This document shows positions 56,779 to 63,349 of a stretch of 63,349 bases of DNA, piece by piece. Numbering within the stretch: position 1 is the stretch's first letter; each line of letters starts with the position of its first letter. The stretch covers positions 1-63,349 of the IMG/VR virus record IMGVR_UViG_3300020129_000380, one strand, 5' to 3'. Below the pieces are notes generated by a model, which searched no databases, was not told the origin of the DNA, and saw nothing but the letters and a program-made list of their open reading frames with translations. The stretch comes from a virus (taxonomy: Duplodnaviria; Caudoviricetes). The translations under genes were made by a program, and so were the position numbers.

Positions 56779-58008
56779 ATGACCCAAGCTAACCACACTT
56801 TAGAATCTTTATCAACTGCCGTTACCGACCTGGCTCGCCGCCTTGAACGAATCGAGCGAAAAAACGCCCCCAATCATTCCAGCGGATGGACGAATTACGA
56901 GACTTGGGCAGTAAGCCTATGGCTTGATAATGATGTCGAACAATACCGAAAGATTCAAGGCCACGCTGAGACTGACCTCGCCTTTTTTGAAGGCGATAAG
57001 GAAGCCGCCGCCCATTCCTTTGCAACGTGGTTGCAGAAGGAAATTGAAGACAAGATTCCATCCTACCTCAAGGGGCTTTACGCCGACCTATTAAACGGGG
57101 CATTGTCTGCCGTCAATTGGGCCGAAATCGCCACAAACTGGCTGGCATCAATTGACCTGCCGCCGCCTTCGGTGCCTGACTCGCAATGCTCTGTGATGCC
57201 TGAAGGGGGTATCCGTTGCAACTCTAAGCCGACCAGCAAATACATGGTACAAGCCACCCCGGAGATTATCGAAATCATTTCCCGCTCGGTCATCGACGAG
57301 GAGGGCTTGACGCTTCCCGGCGAGATGCTTGAACGGAAGCAATACGAGGATGTTGACGCCTTCTTAAAACTTGCCGGGGCAAAATGGCACAAGGGCAAAA
57401 AACGCCACCTCTTTAAGTCCGAAGCCGCCCGCGAGAAGATTAAAAGCCTATTGACGACTGGCGAGCTTCTAAACGAAAAGAAGCTTTACCAAGCGTTTTA
57501 TACGCCGGAAAGCATCGCTACTGAACTAGCTCGGCTTGCTGATATTGCCTCTGGCATGTCATGCCTCGAACCATCAGCAGGCGCCGGAGCTATCGCCTTG
57601 GCCGCTCAAGCTGCCGGAGCGGTCGTTACTTGTTGCGAACTTAATCCAGACGCAGTGAAAGCTTTGGAAACGCACGGCTTCACGCCGATAACATCCGACT
57701 TCCTCGCACTTTCACCCCCGGATTATCCAGCCTTTGACCGAGTTCTGATGAACCCGCCATTTACCGAAAACCAAGACATCAAGCACGTCCTACACGCTTT
57801 CCAATTCCTCAAGCCCGGAGGGAAGCTCTACGCCATCATGTCGCCCGGCTTCACGACTGGCGACAACAAAACCCGCTCCAACTTCCGAGCCTTCCTTGCA
57901 GACCATGGCCGCATCGTTCAGGACTTGCCGGAAGGCACTTTCAAAGAATCGGGCACCAATGTTCGCACGGTTATCGTTGAAGTGACTCGCGAAGGAGCCG
58001 CCCAATGA
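56779..58008 (+). CDS. Amino-type DNA methyltransferase fused to an N-terminal GWTNYETW domain
   Basis: FYTP, LEPSAGAG (SAM binding), MNPPF catalytic motif, FKESGT. Confidence 0.85.
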   Translation: MTQANHTLESLSTAVTDLARRLERIERKNAPNHSSGWTNYETWAVSLWLDNDVEQYRKIQGHAETDLAFFEGDKEAAAHSFATWLQKEIEDKIPSYLKGLYADLLNGALSAVNWAEIATNWLASIDLPPPSVPDSQCSVMPEGGIRCNSKPTSKYMVQATPEIIEIISRSVIDEEGLTLPGEMLERKQYEDVDAFLKLAGAKWHKGKKRHLFKSEAAREKIKSLLTTGELLNEKKLYQAFYTPESIATELARLADIASGMSCLEPSAGAGAIALAAQAAGAVVTCCELNPDAVKALETHGFTPITSDFLALSPPDYPAFDRVLMNPPFTENQDIKHVLHAFQFLKPGGKLYAIMSPGFTTGDNKTRSNFRAFLADHGRIVQDLPEGTFKESGTNVRTVIVEVTREGAAQ

Positions 58009-58241
58009 AAACCGTATCCATAGGCTACACCCGCGATGATGGCGACTTCCGCATCCTTGCGACCATCAATAACAATGATGAGGAGTTTACGAGCCACGAG
58101 TTTGCCGCGATTGTTGCCGACATTGCCAAGCTTCTCCAAGACACGCACCGCGACGACATGGGCGAAATTCCAATGCTCGAAACCGTTGCCCGCCAGGACG
58201 CACCGGATTATGTAACGCTTGAAGAAGCCGATGAAGCGTGA
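58005..58241 (+). CDS. Acidic hypothetical protein
   Basis: ATGA overlap. Confidence 0.55.
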   Translation: MKTVSIGYTRDDGDFRILATINNNDEEFTSHEFAAIVADIAKLLQDTHRDDMGEIPMLETVARQDAPDYVTLEEADEA

Positions 58242-58308
58242 TACCAATTGTGGGGTGAAGCCTGTGAAACTTCACCCCTAACACCACCAACTGTTGAAAG
58301 GAATGGTG

Positions 58309-59133
58309 ATGCCATATGAAGATACACCCAAAATTCATCCCGAGGCAAGAGGCTTCAGGGTTCTCGACCTGTTCAGCGGAATCGGCGGCTTCTCCCTTGG
58401 CCTTGAACGAGCCGGAATGCGAACCGCCGCCTTTTGTGAAATCGATGCTTATTGCAGAAAAGTCCTCGCCAAACATTGGCCGGACGCTCCAATCCATGAC
58501 GACATCCGCCAGCTCGACGGCAGCCAGTACGCTGGAACAATTGACGTTGTTTGCGGAGGATTCCCTTGCCAAGACCTTTCCATCGCGGGTTATCGCAAGG
58601 GCATTGAAGGCAAAAGGTCTGGGCTATGGTCAGAATTACACAGAATCATTCAGCAAGTACGACCCAGATACGCAATCGTGGAAAACGTCACAAACCTACT
58701 TGCAGGAGAACGGGGGACTTGGTTTGGTCGAGTTCTCGGAGACCTGGCCGAAATCGGGTATGATGCGGAATGGCACTGTGTATCAGCTTCCGCCATCGGC
58801 GCCCCCCATCACCGAGATAGGGTCTGGGTTATTACCTACCCCCAATGCCAGCAACGGATTCGGCCCATTCTCCGAGCAGACCATGTGGCGATGGCTAAAG
58901 AACGAAACTCGACCCAGTGGCGCAAAAATCGGCTTCGATTTGAAATGGCATCCGTTTGTCGTGAAGTTCTTACGGAGAGGATGGTTCAATCCAAAACTAA
59001 GCGAGTGGATGATGGGTTTCCGGCTTGGCCACACCGCCTTAAAGCCTGTGGCAATTCAGTCGTTCCTGCCATTCCAGAACTCATCGGACGAGCAATCATC
59101 GCCTACGAGCAACAGCTAGGAATGGCCGCATGA
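58309..59133 (+). CDS. C5-cytosine DNA methyltransferase, alpha subunit
   Basis: LDLFSGIGG, GGFPCQD, VENV, HHRDRVW, CGNSVVP. Confidence 0.92.
   Translation: MPYEDTPKIHPEARGFRVLDLFSGIGGFSLGLERAGMRTAAFCEIDAYCRKVLAKHWPDAPIHDDIRQLDGSQYAGTIDVVCGGFPCQDLSIAGYRKGIEGKRSGLWSELHRIIQQVRPRYAIVENVTNLLAGERGTWFGRVLGDLAEIGYDAEWHCVSASAIGAPHHRDRVWVITYPQCQQRIRPILRADHVAMAKERNSTQWRKNRLRFEMASVCREVLTERMVQSKTKRVDDGFPAWPHRLKACGNSVVPAIPELIGRAIIAYEQQLGMAA
58496..59119 (+). CDS. Nested alternative-frame beta subunit of the C5 methyltransferase
   Basis: Open frame inside the dcm gene with WPKSGMMRNG, LLPTP and NPKLSEWMMGF (motif IX-like). Confidence 0.7.
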   Translation: MTTSASSTAASTLEQLTLFAEDSLAKTFPSRVIARALKAKGLGYGQNYTESFSKYDPDTQSWKTSQTYLQENGGLGLVEFSETWPKSGMMRNGTVYQLPPSAPPITEIGSGLLPTPNASNGFGPFSEQTMWRWLKNETRPSGAKIGFDLKWHPFVVKFLRRGWFNPKLSEWMMGFRLGHTALKPVAIQSFLPFQNSSDEQSSPTSNS

Positions 59134-59330
59134 CCAACACGCCCGAAACACCGGATTATCGTCCCGAAGACATTGCCCTTTTACAACGCCACGGCATTGA
59201 AAGGGCGTGGGTCACATTCTGGGAGGAGCAAGGCCACCGTTTTCGTGATGTCGTCCCGGCAGAACAGGGGCATTGGCATTTGTCTCGCCAGAGCTTCCTT
59301 GCGGGGTATCTTTTGGCCAAAGCCATTTAG
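59130..59330 (+). CDS. Hypothetical protein
   Basis: ATGA overlap. Confidence 0.5.
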   Translation: MTNTPETPDYRPEDIALLQRHGIERAWVTFWEEQGHRFRDVVPAEQGHWHLSRQSFLAGYLLAKAI

Positions 59331-59600
59331 CTGCCCACCTGAGAGGGGAGGGAGGAGGGGGAGGAGATTTTGCCCGAATCCGTAAATTAGTATTCAGTCT
59401 GATGGCTCCCTCATTGCCAGGAGCAAGATTCACCGGGCATTCACCCCATTTCACCCCAAATATCCAGCTAATTACCGCCCGCGACCCGTCACCAGCAAAT
59501 GCTGCTTGGCCAGCTCCATCGCATGATCGGCTTCCATTTCAGCCCTATCAGCGTAATGGACGGCAGAAGGAATGGCGGAGTCGTATTCGACATTGCACTT

Positions 59601-60239
59601 TCAAACCTGCTTCGGGCATTTCCAAGCGGTGTTTGTCGCCGCCTGCATAAATGCTTCAAACATCCCGATAAACTCCCGCTCGTCCCGATGCCTGCGAAAG
59701 ACATTTACGAACCAATGCACCCATTGCAGATTGCTTATTTCATTCGTGCCTCCCCGTCCTTTCGGCAAGATATGGTCAATTGACGCATCCACTCCCATTA
59801 CCAATCTCACACCGGAATAAGCGCATTTGCCTTCCTGTTGCTGGTAAATAGCCATCAATTCCACCCATTTCTCACGATTGCCCAGCACCGACTTAGCTAA
59901 ACGTTTGCAATGACATGCATCACATATTATTCTCCGCCCTTCGACATCGACCCCACAATCGCCACATAAACCCCTCGCAAGGCGCTTCACCCGACAATGC
60001 CTAACCGTTTTTCTAACCTTATCCCTGCATTCCTTGCAAAACGCATTCCGTTCAATAGGTCTGCCACATCCTACTCGAATACAAACGCCTGCCATAATGG
60101 CTTTCTGCCGCCGCCGCTGGTAACCCGCATTCAGCCTCTTAAAGCAATCGATGCAACGTTGGCGACCACTCACAACCGCTTTCACGCCGCACTCTCTACA
60201 CAGCCCCATAGCTATGCGTTTACGATGCGACTCCCTCAC
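59601..60239 (-). CDS. HNH endonuclease with N-terminal CxxC repeats
   Basis: QEGKCAYSG...SIDHILPKGRGGTNEISNLQWV. Confidence 0.85.
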   Translation of the reverse strand: MRESHRKRIAMGLCRECGVKAVVSGRQRCIDCFKRLNAGYQRRRQKAIMAGVCIRVGCGRPIERNAFCKECRDKVRKTVRHCRVKRLARGLCGDCGVDVEGRRIICDACHCKRLAKSVLGNREKWVELMAIYQQQEGKCAYSGVRLVMGVDASIDHILPKGRGGTNEISNLQWVHWFVNVFRRHRDEREFIGMFEAFMQAATNTAWKCPKQV

Positions 60240-60457
60240 CGATCCCGCCCATTTGGCTCACGCCCGACCTTGGTTTGCCAGTCCGAATGGAGCTTATTTG
60301 CCTCTCCAAAGGCATTCAGGAGGTTCGCCAGAGCCATCAGTCTGTCTTGGTGGCCTTTGTAATCGGGATGCGTTAGAGCGTAGGTTTGGAGGCGCTGTAA
60401 TATCATTACTTCGCCGTTTTTCTGGTAGAATTGCTCCAGAGGATTCTTTTCTTTCAC
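60236..60457 (-). CDS. Hypothetical protein
   Basis: GGAGG RBS; GTGA overlap. Confidence 0.5.
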   Translation of the reverse strand: MKEKNPLEQFYQKNGEVMILQRLQTYALTHPDYKGHQDRLMALANLLNAFGEANKLHSDWQTKVGREPNGRDR

Positions 60458-60507
60458 GCTACCTCCGACCGACCCTTAGCACAATTTCAGATGGTTGTCA
60501 CCCCCAC

Positions 60508-60741
60508 TCATGCGTCCACGACGAGCACCGGCATCTCTCTTTTTACCTTGTACTGCTCGATCCTTTTCAACCGTGCTGCCGGGATATTCCAGATTCTATC
60601 CGCCAGGCTGAACTTGCCCTCCGGCTGAACGTCGTAATGCACATGCTCGCCGTGGCTAATACCCGCCACCCTGCCGACGATCATGTCGTACTTCTGTTGC
60701 AGGGTTACTTTGTCGTGGAGAGAGTAAATATTAAGGGACAT
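60508..60741 (-). CDS. Hypothetical protein
   Basis: GAGG RBS. Confidence 0.55.
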   Translation of the reverse strand: MSLNIYSLHDKVTLQQKYDMIVGRVAGISHGEHVHYDVQPEGKFSLADRIWNIPAARLKRIEQYKVKREMPVLVVDA

Positions 60742-60772
60742 GGGATACCTCGTTGTTTACTTGGTTAATATT

Positions 60773-60849
60773 TGGTGCTGATGGATGGACTCGAACCATC
60801 GGCCTTCGGGTTCGGAACCCGATGTTCTATCCAACTGAACTACATCAGC
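60773..60849 (-). tRNA. tRNA-Arg(CCG)
   Basis: GCTGATG acceptor, GTTC/GAAC D arm, TCGGG-TTCCGAA-CCCGA anticodon arm, GATGG-TTCGAGT-CCATC T arm, encoded ACCA. Confidence 0.92.
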
Positions 60850-60850
60850 G

Positions 60851-61051
60851 TGGCGGCAACAGGCGGGGCTTGATACCCGCTTATGGACGATAGGCGTGGC
60901 ATGAACGCCTAGTTTTACTCCCAAGAGGCGGGGTGATTCGAACACCCGACCTTTGCCTTCGGAGGGCAACGCTCTATCTAGCTGAGCTACGCCCCTTGCC
61001 ATGCACGGACTCGTTCCATTGATTAGTGTGTCCTTCCACACCGCTGTTGCC
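60851..61051 (-). ncRNA. tRNA-shaped ncRNA enclosing a tRNA-Arg
   Basis: GGCAACAG (5') pairs with CTGTTGCC-GCCA (3'); D-like hairpin GTGTG/CACAC; T-like hairpin GCGGG-TATCAAGC-CCCGC. Confidence 0.65.
60923..60996 (-). tRNA. tRNA-Arg(CCG), no encoded CCA
   Basis: AGGGGCG/CGCCTCT acceptor, GCTC/GAGC D arm, TTGCC-CTCCGAA-GGCAA anticodon arm, GGGTG-TTCGAAT-CACCC T arm. Confidence 0.85.
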
Positions 61052-61058
61052 ATAAACA

Positions 61059-61310
61059 TTATGCTGCCCGTCGTTTAGTAGCCACCTTTACCTCACCCCC
61101 TATCAACGAGACGGCCTTTGGCGTCGCCTTCTGCTGCGTATCCATTGTCAGCTTCATTACATCGAAATCCAGACGTGCGGATTGCAGGATACGAGAACTG
61201 AGGGCGCTAATCGCTTGCGCCTGCCGAGGGTCTACCTTACCCTTGCGTACACCGTTGATCGTTTCCAGCAGCATATTCCGTAGGTCTGCGGTATTCTTTA
61301 CGTTTGACAT
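61059..61310 (-). CDS. Hypothetical phage protein
   Basis: AGGAG RBS; LRNMLLETI...AQAISALS..IL.SAR. Confidence 0.65.
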   Translation of the reverse strand: MSNVKNTADLRNMLLETINGVRKGKVDPRQAQAISALSSRILQSARLDFDVMKLTMDTQQKATPKAVSLIGGEVKVATKRRAA

Positions 61311-61656
61311 CAGCTATCTCCTTTTTAAGTGTTTGAGTATTTTCGTGCAGTTTACAAAGCTTTTCATTCCAATTGTACGCAAGCATCAATCCATAGCATT
61401 TCTGGCAATAACCCCTTGTGAATGTCACACCGGTTATCCCGGTGCCTTCCATCCAATAAGGCGATAAGTCCTTCCGTTTCACCTTGCATTTCTTGCATCT
61501 ATCATTCGCCTTTAGCTGCGACCGGTATTGCATTGCGTGCCGATAACAACAAAAGGCATCCTTTACTTTCCCACGCTTGATATCACTCGTTTTCTTCCCT
61601 CCGGCATCTAAGAACATCCGGTTGCAATGCTTGCACCAAAGAAAGGTGTCTTTCAC
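61237..61656 (-). CDS. Cys-rich hypothetical protein
   Basis: Several CxxC motifs. Confidence 0.55.
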   Translation of the reverse strand: MKDTFLWCKHCNRMFLDAGGKKTSDIKRGKVKDAFCCYRHAMQYRSQLKANDRCKKCKVKRKDLSPYWMEGTGITGVTFTRGYCQKCYGLMLAYNWNEKLCKLHENTQTLKKEIADVKRKEYRRPTEYAAGNDQRCTQG

Positions 61657-61916
61657 GGATACCCCCTGGCGTCATATGAAGAATCACTCTTAGCAGCGTC
61701 ATCGCATGGGGGCATTGCTATCGATTGCAACCGACATCCGTTCTTCTCCGATATCTTCCAAACGTTATCAACGTCAACGGCATCATACTTATCAAATGGC
61801 AAAAACCCGCTTATAAAGCGCACTTTCGCGTACCCTTCGCTTGACGACACCGTTTCGAACTGAATAAGATGATCCGCATTGACCACAAAATAGATATTGT
61901 CAATCTTGTTGTTCAT
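61653..61916 (-). CDS. Hypothetical protein
   Basis: GGGAG RBS; ATGA overlap. Confidence 0.5.
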   Translation of the reverse strand: MNNKIDNIYFVVNADHLIQFETVSSSEGYAKVRFISGFLPFDKYDAVDVDNVWKISEKNGCRLQSIAMPPCDDAAKSDSSYDARGYP

Positions 61917-61920
61917 GATA

Positions 61921-62118
61921 CTACTCCCTCACCCCGTAAAGATAAACAATCTTGTCATTATCACTCATCGTCACCCGCCTTATCAAAGCCGCCTTGGCCG
62001 CTATTTGGGAGGCCGTATAAGAGGGTTCCTCATGATCGATCTTATAATCCAACGTAGCCTTGGTATCGGCGTACCAGCCCGCTGCCATCATGGATAGTCC
62101 TAGAATGAAGTATTTCAT
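61921..62118 (-). CDS. Hypothetical protein
   Basis: AGGAGG RBS. Confidence 0.55.
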   Translation of the reverse strand: MKYFILGLSMMAAGWYADTKATLDYKIDHEEPSYTASQIAAKAALIRRVTMSDNDKIVYLYGVRE

Positions 62119-62126
62119 AACGCCTC

Positions 62127-62318
62127 CTATTTGATGTTAAGATAAATCCAGTGCATGTAATCGTTATTCAGGCGTTTCGACCATTTGATTTCATCAACGC
62201 CATTCGCATCGAGGATTTCAAAGGCTTCATCCTCTGATATGTCGGAATCTATGGCAAACAAAGCACGTTGCTCTATCTCATCCATTGTCTCTTGGCAGCT
62301 ATGTGCTAATTTGCTCAT
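62127..62318 (-). CDS. Hypothetical acidic protein
   Basis: GAGGAG RBS before MSKLAH. Confidence 0.55.
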   Translation of the reverse strand: MSKLAHSCQETMDEIEQRALFAIDSDISEDEAFEILDANGVDEIKWSKRLNNDYMHWIYLNIK

Positions 62319-62458
62319 ACATCGCTCCTCGTTGCTGGGTTTGTTACTACCGGACGCTTGGCCCGCCACTCTTCAAACTCAAGCATCGGCTTGCTCCGGT
62401 CGTTCAGGTACATGTGGTAATCGAGCCTGTCTCTGAATTCGTCGATATCATCGCTCAT
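62315..62458 (-). CDS. Hypothetical protein (47 aa)
   Basis: Translated by hand: MSDDIDEFRDRL...; ATGA overlaps on both sides. Confidence 0.5.
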   Translation of the reverse strand: MSDDIDEFRDRLDYHMYLNDRSKPMLEFEEWRAKRPVVTNPATRSDV

Positions 62459-62628
62459 GCTGCCTTCCCCTCATGTTTAGGATTCACCGCATCCCCGTTG
62501 GCTATCAGCCAATCAGCTAACAACGGATCGAGGTCGTATTCTTCACCGGCCTTCCATTCAAAGTCCGCGTGATAACCCTTTATCTCATAGGACTCTGGGT
62601 TCACGTTATCCAACATCCTTACAAGCAT
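62455..62628 (-). CDS. Hypothetical protein (57 aa)
   Basis: Translated by hand: MLVRMLDNVNPESY...; AGGAGG RBS; first gene of leftward operon. Confidence 0.6.
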   Translation of the reverse strand: MLVRMLDNVNPESYEIKGYHADFEWKAGEEYDLDPLLADWLIANGDAVNPKHEGKAA

Positions 62629-62633
62629 GGTAG

Positions 62634-62715
62634 CCTCCTGTTGACATCTAGTAAAATCGGTTATACCATGGCCTTATTACTCGCGCAACAACAAAGTACA
62701 AATAGTTTTACTCAT
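62634..62715. promoter_or_regulatory. Divergent control region 2
   Basis: Rightward TTGACA-N17-TACCAT (62641-62669) and leftward TTGCGC-N17-TATAAC with overlapping -10 boxes. Confidence 0.7.
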
Positions 62716-62907
62716 ATGCAACTTGCTGAATACCTTAAACAATCAGGCCAGACATGGGAGCGTTTAGCCGATTCCGCCAGGGTCAGCCGTCAAACCGTCT
62801 GGAATCTGTTACACAAAAACCACAACCCCACCCTTACTACCGTTGATCGAGTTGTGGCAGCTACCGGCGGCCTCGTAACAATCGATGATTTGCGGAAACC
62901 GACATGA
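62716..62907 (+). CDS. Cro-like HTH regulator
   Basis: MQLAEYLK...LADSARVSRQTVWNL...ATGGLVTIDDL. Confidence 0.8.
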   Translation: MQLAEYLKQSGQTWERLADSARVSRQTVWNLLHKNHNPTLTTVDRVVAATGGLVTIDDLRKPT

Positions 62908-63113
62908 CCCTCGCCGACGACGTGCTCAAAGGAAAACGCGCCCTCTCCGGTAATCCCTCGTTCGTTTCTCTCACTGATGGTGAGATAGCCATGTGCCAAG
63001 CATTAGAGAAGCGTCTGAGGCAATACCAGAAACGCAAGCTACCCAAAGGCTATGCCCTCGATTACGTCCCGCCGGTGACGGCCAGGGGCAGGTCTAGGAT
63101 TGACGATCTTTAG
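62904..63113 (+). CDS. Hypothetical protein
   Basis: ATGA overlap with the Cro-like gene. Confidence 0.45.
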   Translation: MTLADDVLKGKRALSGNPSFVSLTDGEIAMCQALEKRLRQYQKRKLPKGYALDYVPPVTARGRSRIDDL

Positions 63114-63291
63114 CCTTACTTCTCTCCAGCTTCCGTTTGATGCGGAGTGCTTTTGGGTCATCAACTGATTGCCCACGCTTCGCCTCGTAGCAACTCACGA
63201 AATACCGGAAGCACTCATCAGGCGATTCCATGCTGAATGTCTTTCCCTTGTTCTGTTGCAGAGCGTACTGGTAGGCGGCTTCGTCAATCAT
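63094..63291 (-). CDS. Hypothetical protein (continues the operon at window start)
   Basis: Its start overlaps the stop of ORF 66..926 across the circular junction. Confidence 0.55.
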   Translation of the reverse strand: MIDEAAYQYALQQNKGKTFSMESPDECFRYFVSCYEAKRGQSVDDPKALRIKRKLERSKAKDRQS

Positions 63292-63349
63292 CCCCCAGCC
63301 CCTTTGAACGCGGTGCGGATGATGCTTTGCACGTCACTGAGCTTTACCC
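63223..63349. repeat. Terminal direct repeat, right copy
   Basis: Identical to 1-127. Confidence 0.95.

Noticed and set aside
56402-59133. Methyltransferases as ssDNA-promoter-driven leading-region genes
   Set aside because: With the candidate nic the transferred strand would be their coding strand, not the template, and the hairpins lack clear -35/-10 boxes
60851-61051. tmRNA or tRNA-Sec identity for the outer RNA
   Set aside because: No G3-U70 alanine determinant or evident tag ORF, and no UCA anticodon arm in the canonical position
60757-61059. 100-aa ORF over the tRNA cluster
   Set aside because: Coincides with two tRNAs and the structured RNA; most likely spurious
1-63349. CRISPR array, rRNA or insertion sequence
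   Set aside because: No regularly spaced repeat-spacer array, rRNA-like segment or transposase recognised by eye

Overview
This window is a complete circular genome of about 63.2 kb; positions 1-127 are identical to 63223-63349. Most of it is a temperate siphovirus with an HK97-fold head and an alphaproteobacterial/GTA-like look. It has early and recombination genes (1-5.6 kb, 59.6-63.3 kb), a DUF1376 replication module, terminase, portal, protease, capsid, a large fibre cluster, a non-contractile tail and lysis genes (11.7-39 kb), a terD/DUF475 operon and two orphan DNA methyltransferases. Three things stand out. (1) The genome contains the backbone of an integrative mobilizable element (IME): tyrosine integrase, excisionase, VirD4/TraG coupling protein, ParB-like protein and MobF relaxase-helicase. 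The integrase is the only one in the genome and sits beside a single attP (5' half of tRNA-Gln with its own promoter and arm repeats on both sides), so phage and IME appear to be one element that could be both packaged and conjugatively mobilized. (2) An O-antigen-ligase/O-oligosaccharyltransferase-like gene lies inside the head operon, next to Ser/Thr-rich virion-type proteins with Sec signal peptides, suggesting periplasmic glycosylation of virion decorations. (3) A ~200-nt tRNA-shaped RNA contains a complete tRNA-Arg nested inside it. All family assignments come from motif recognition by eye; no database searches were run.
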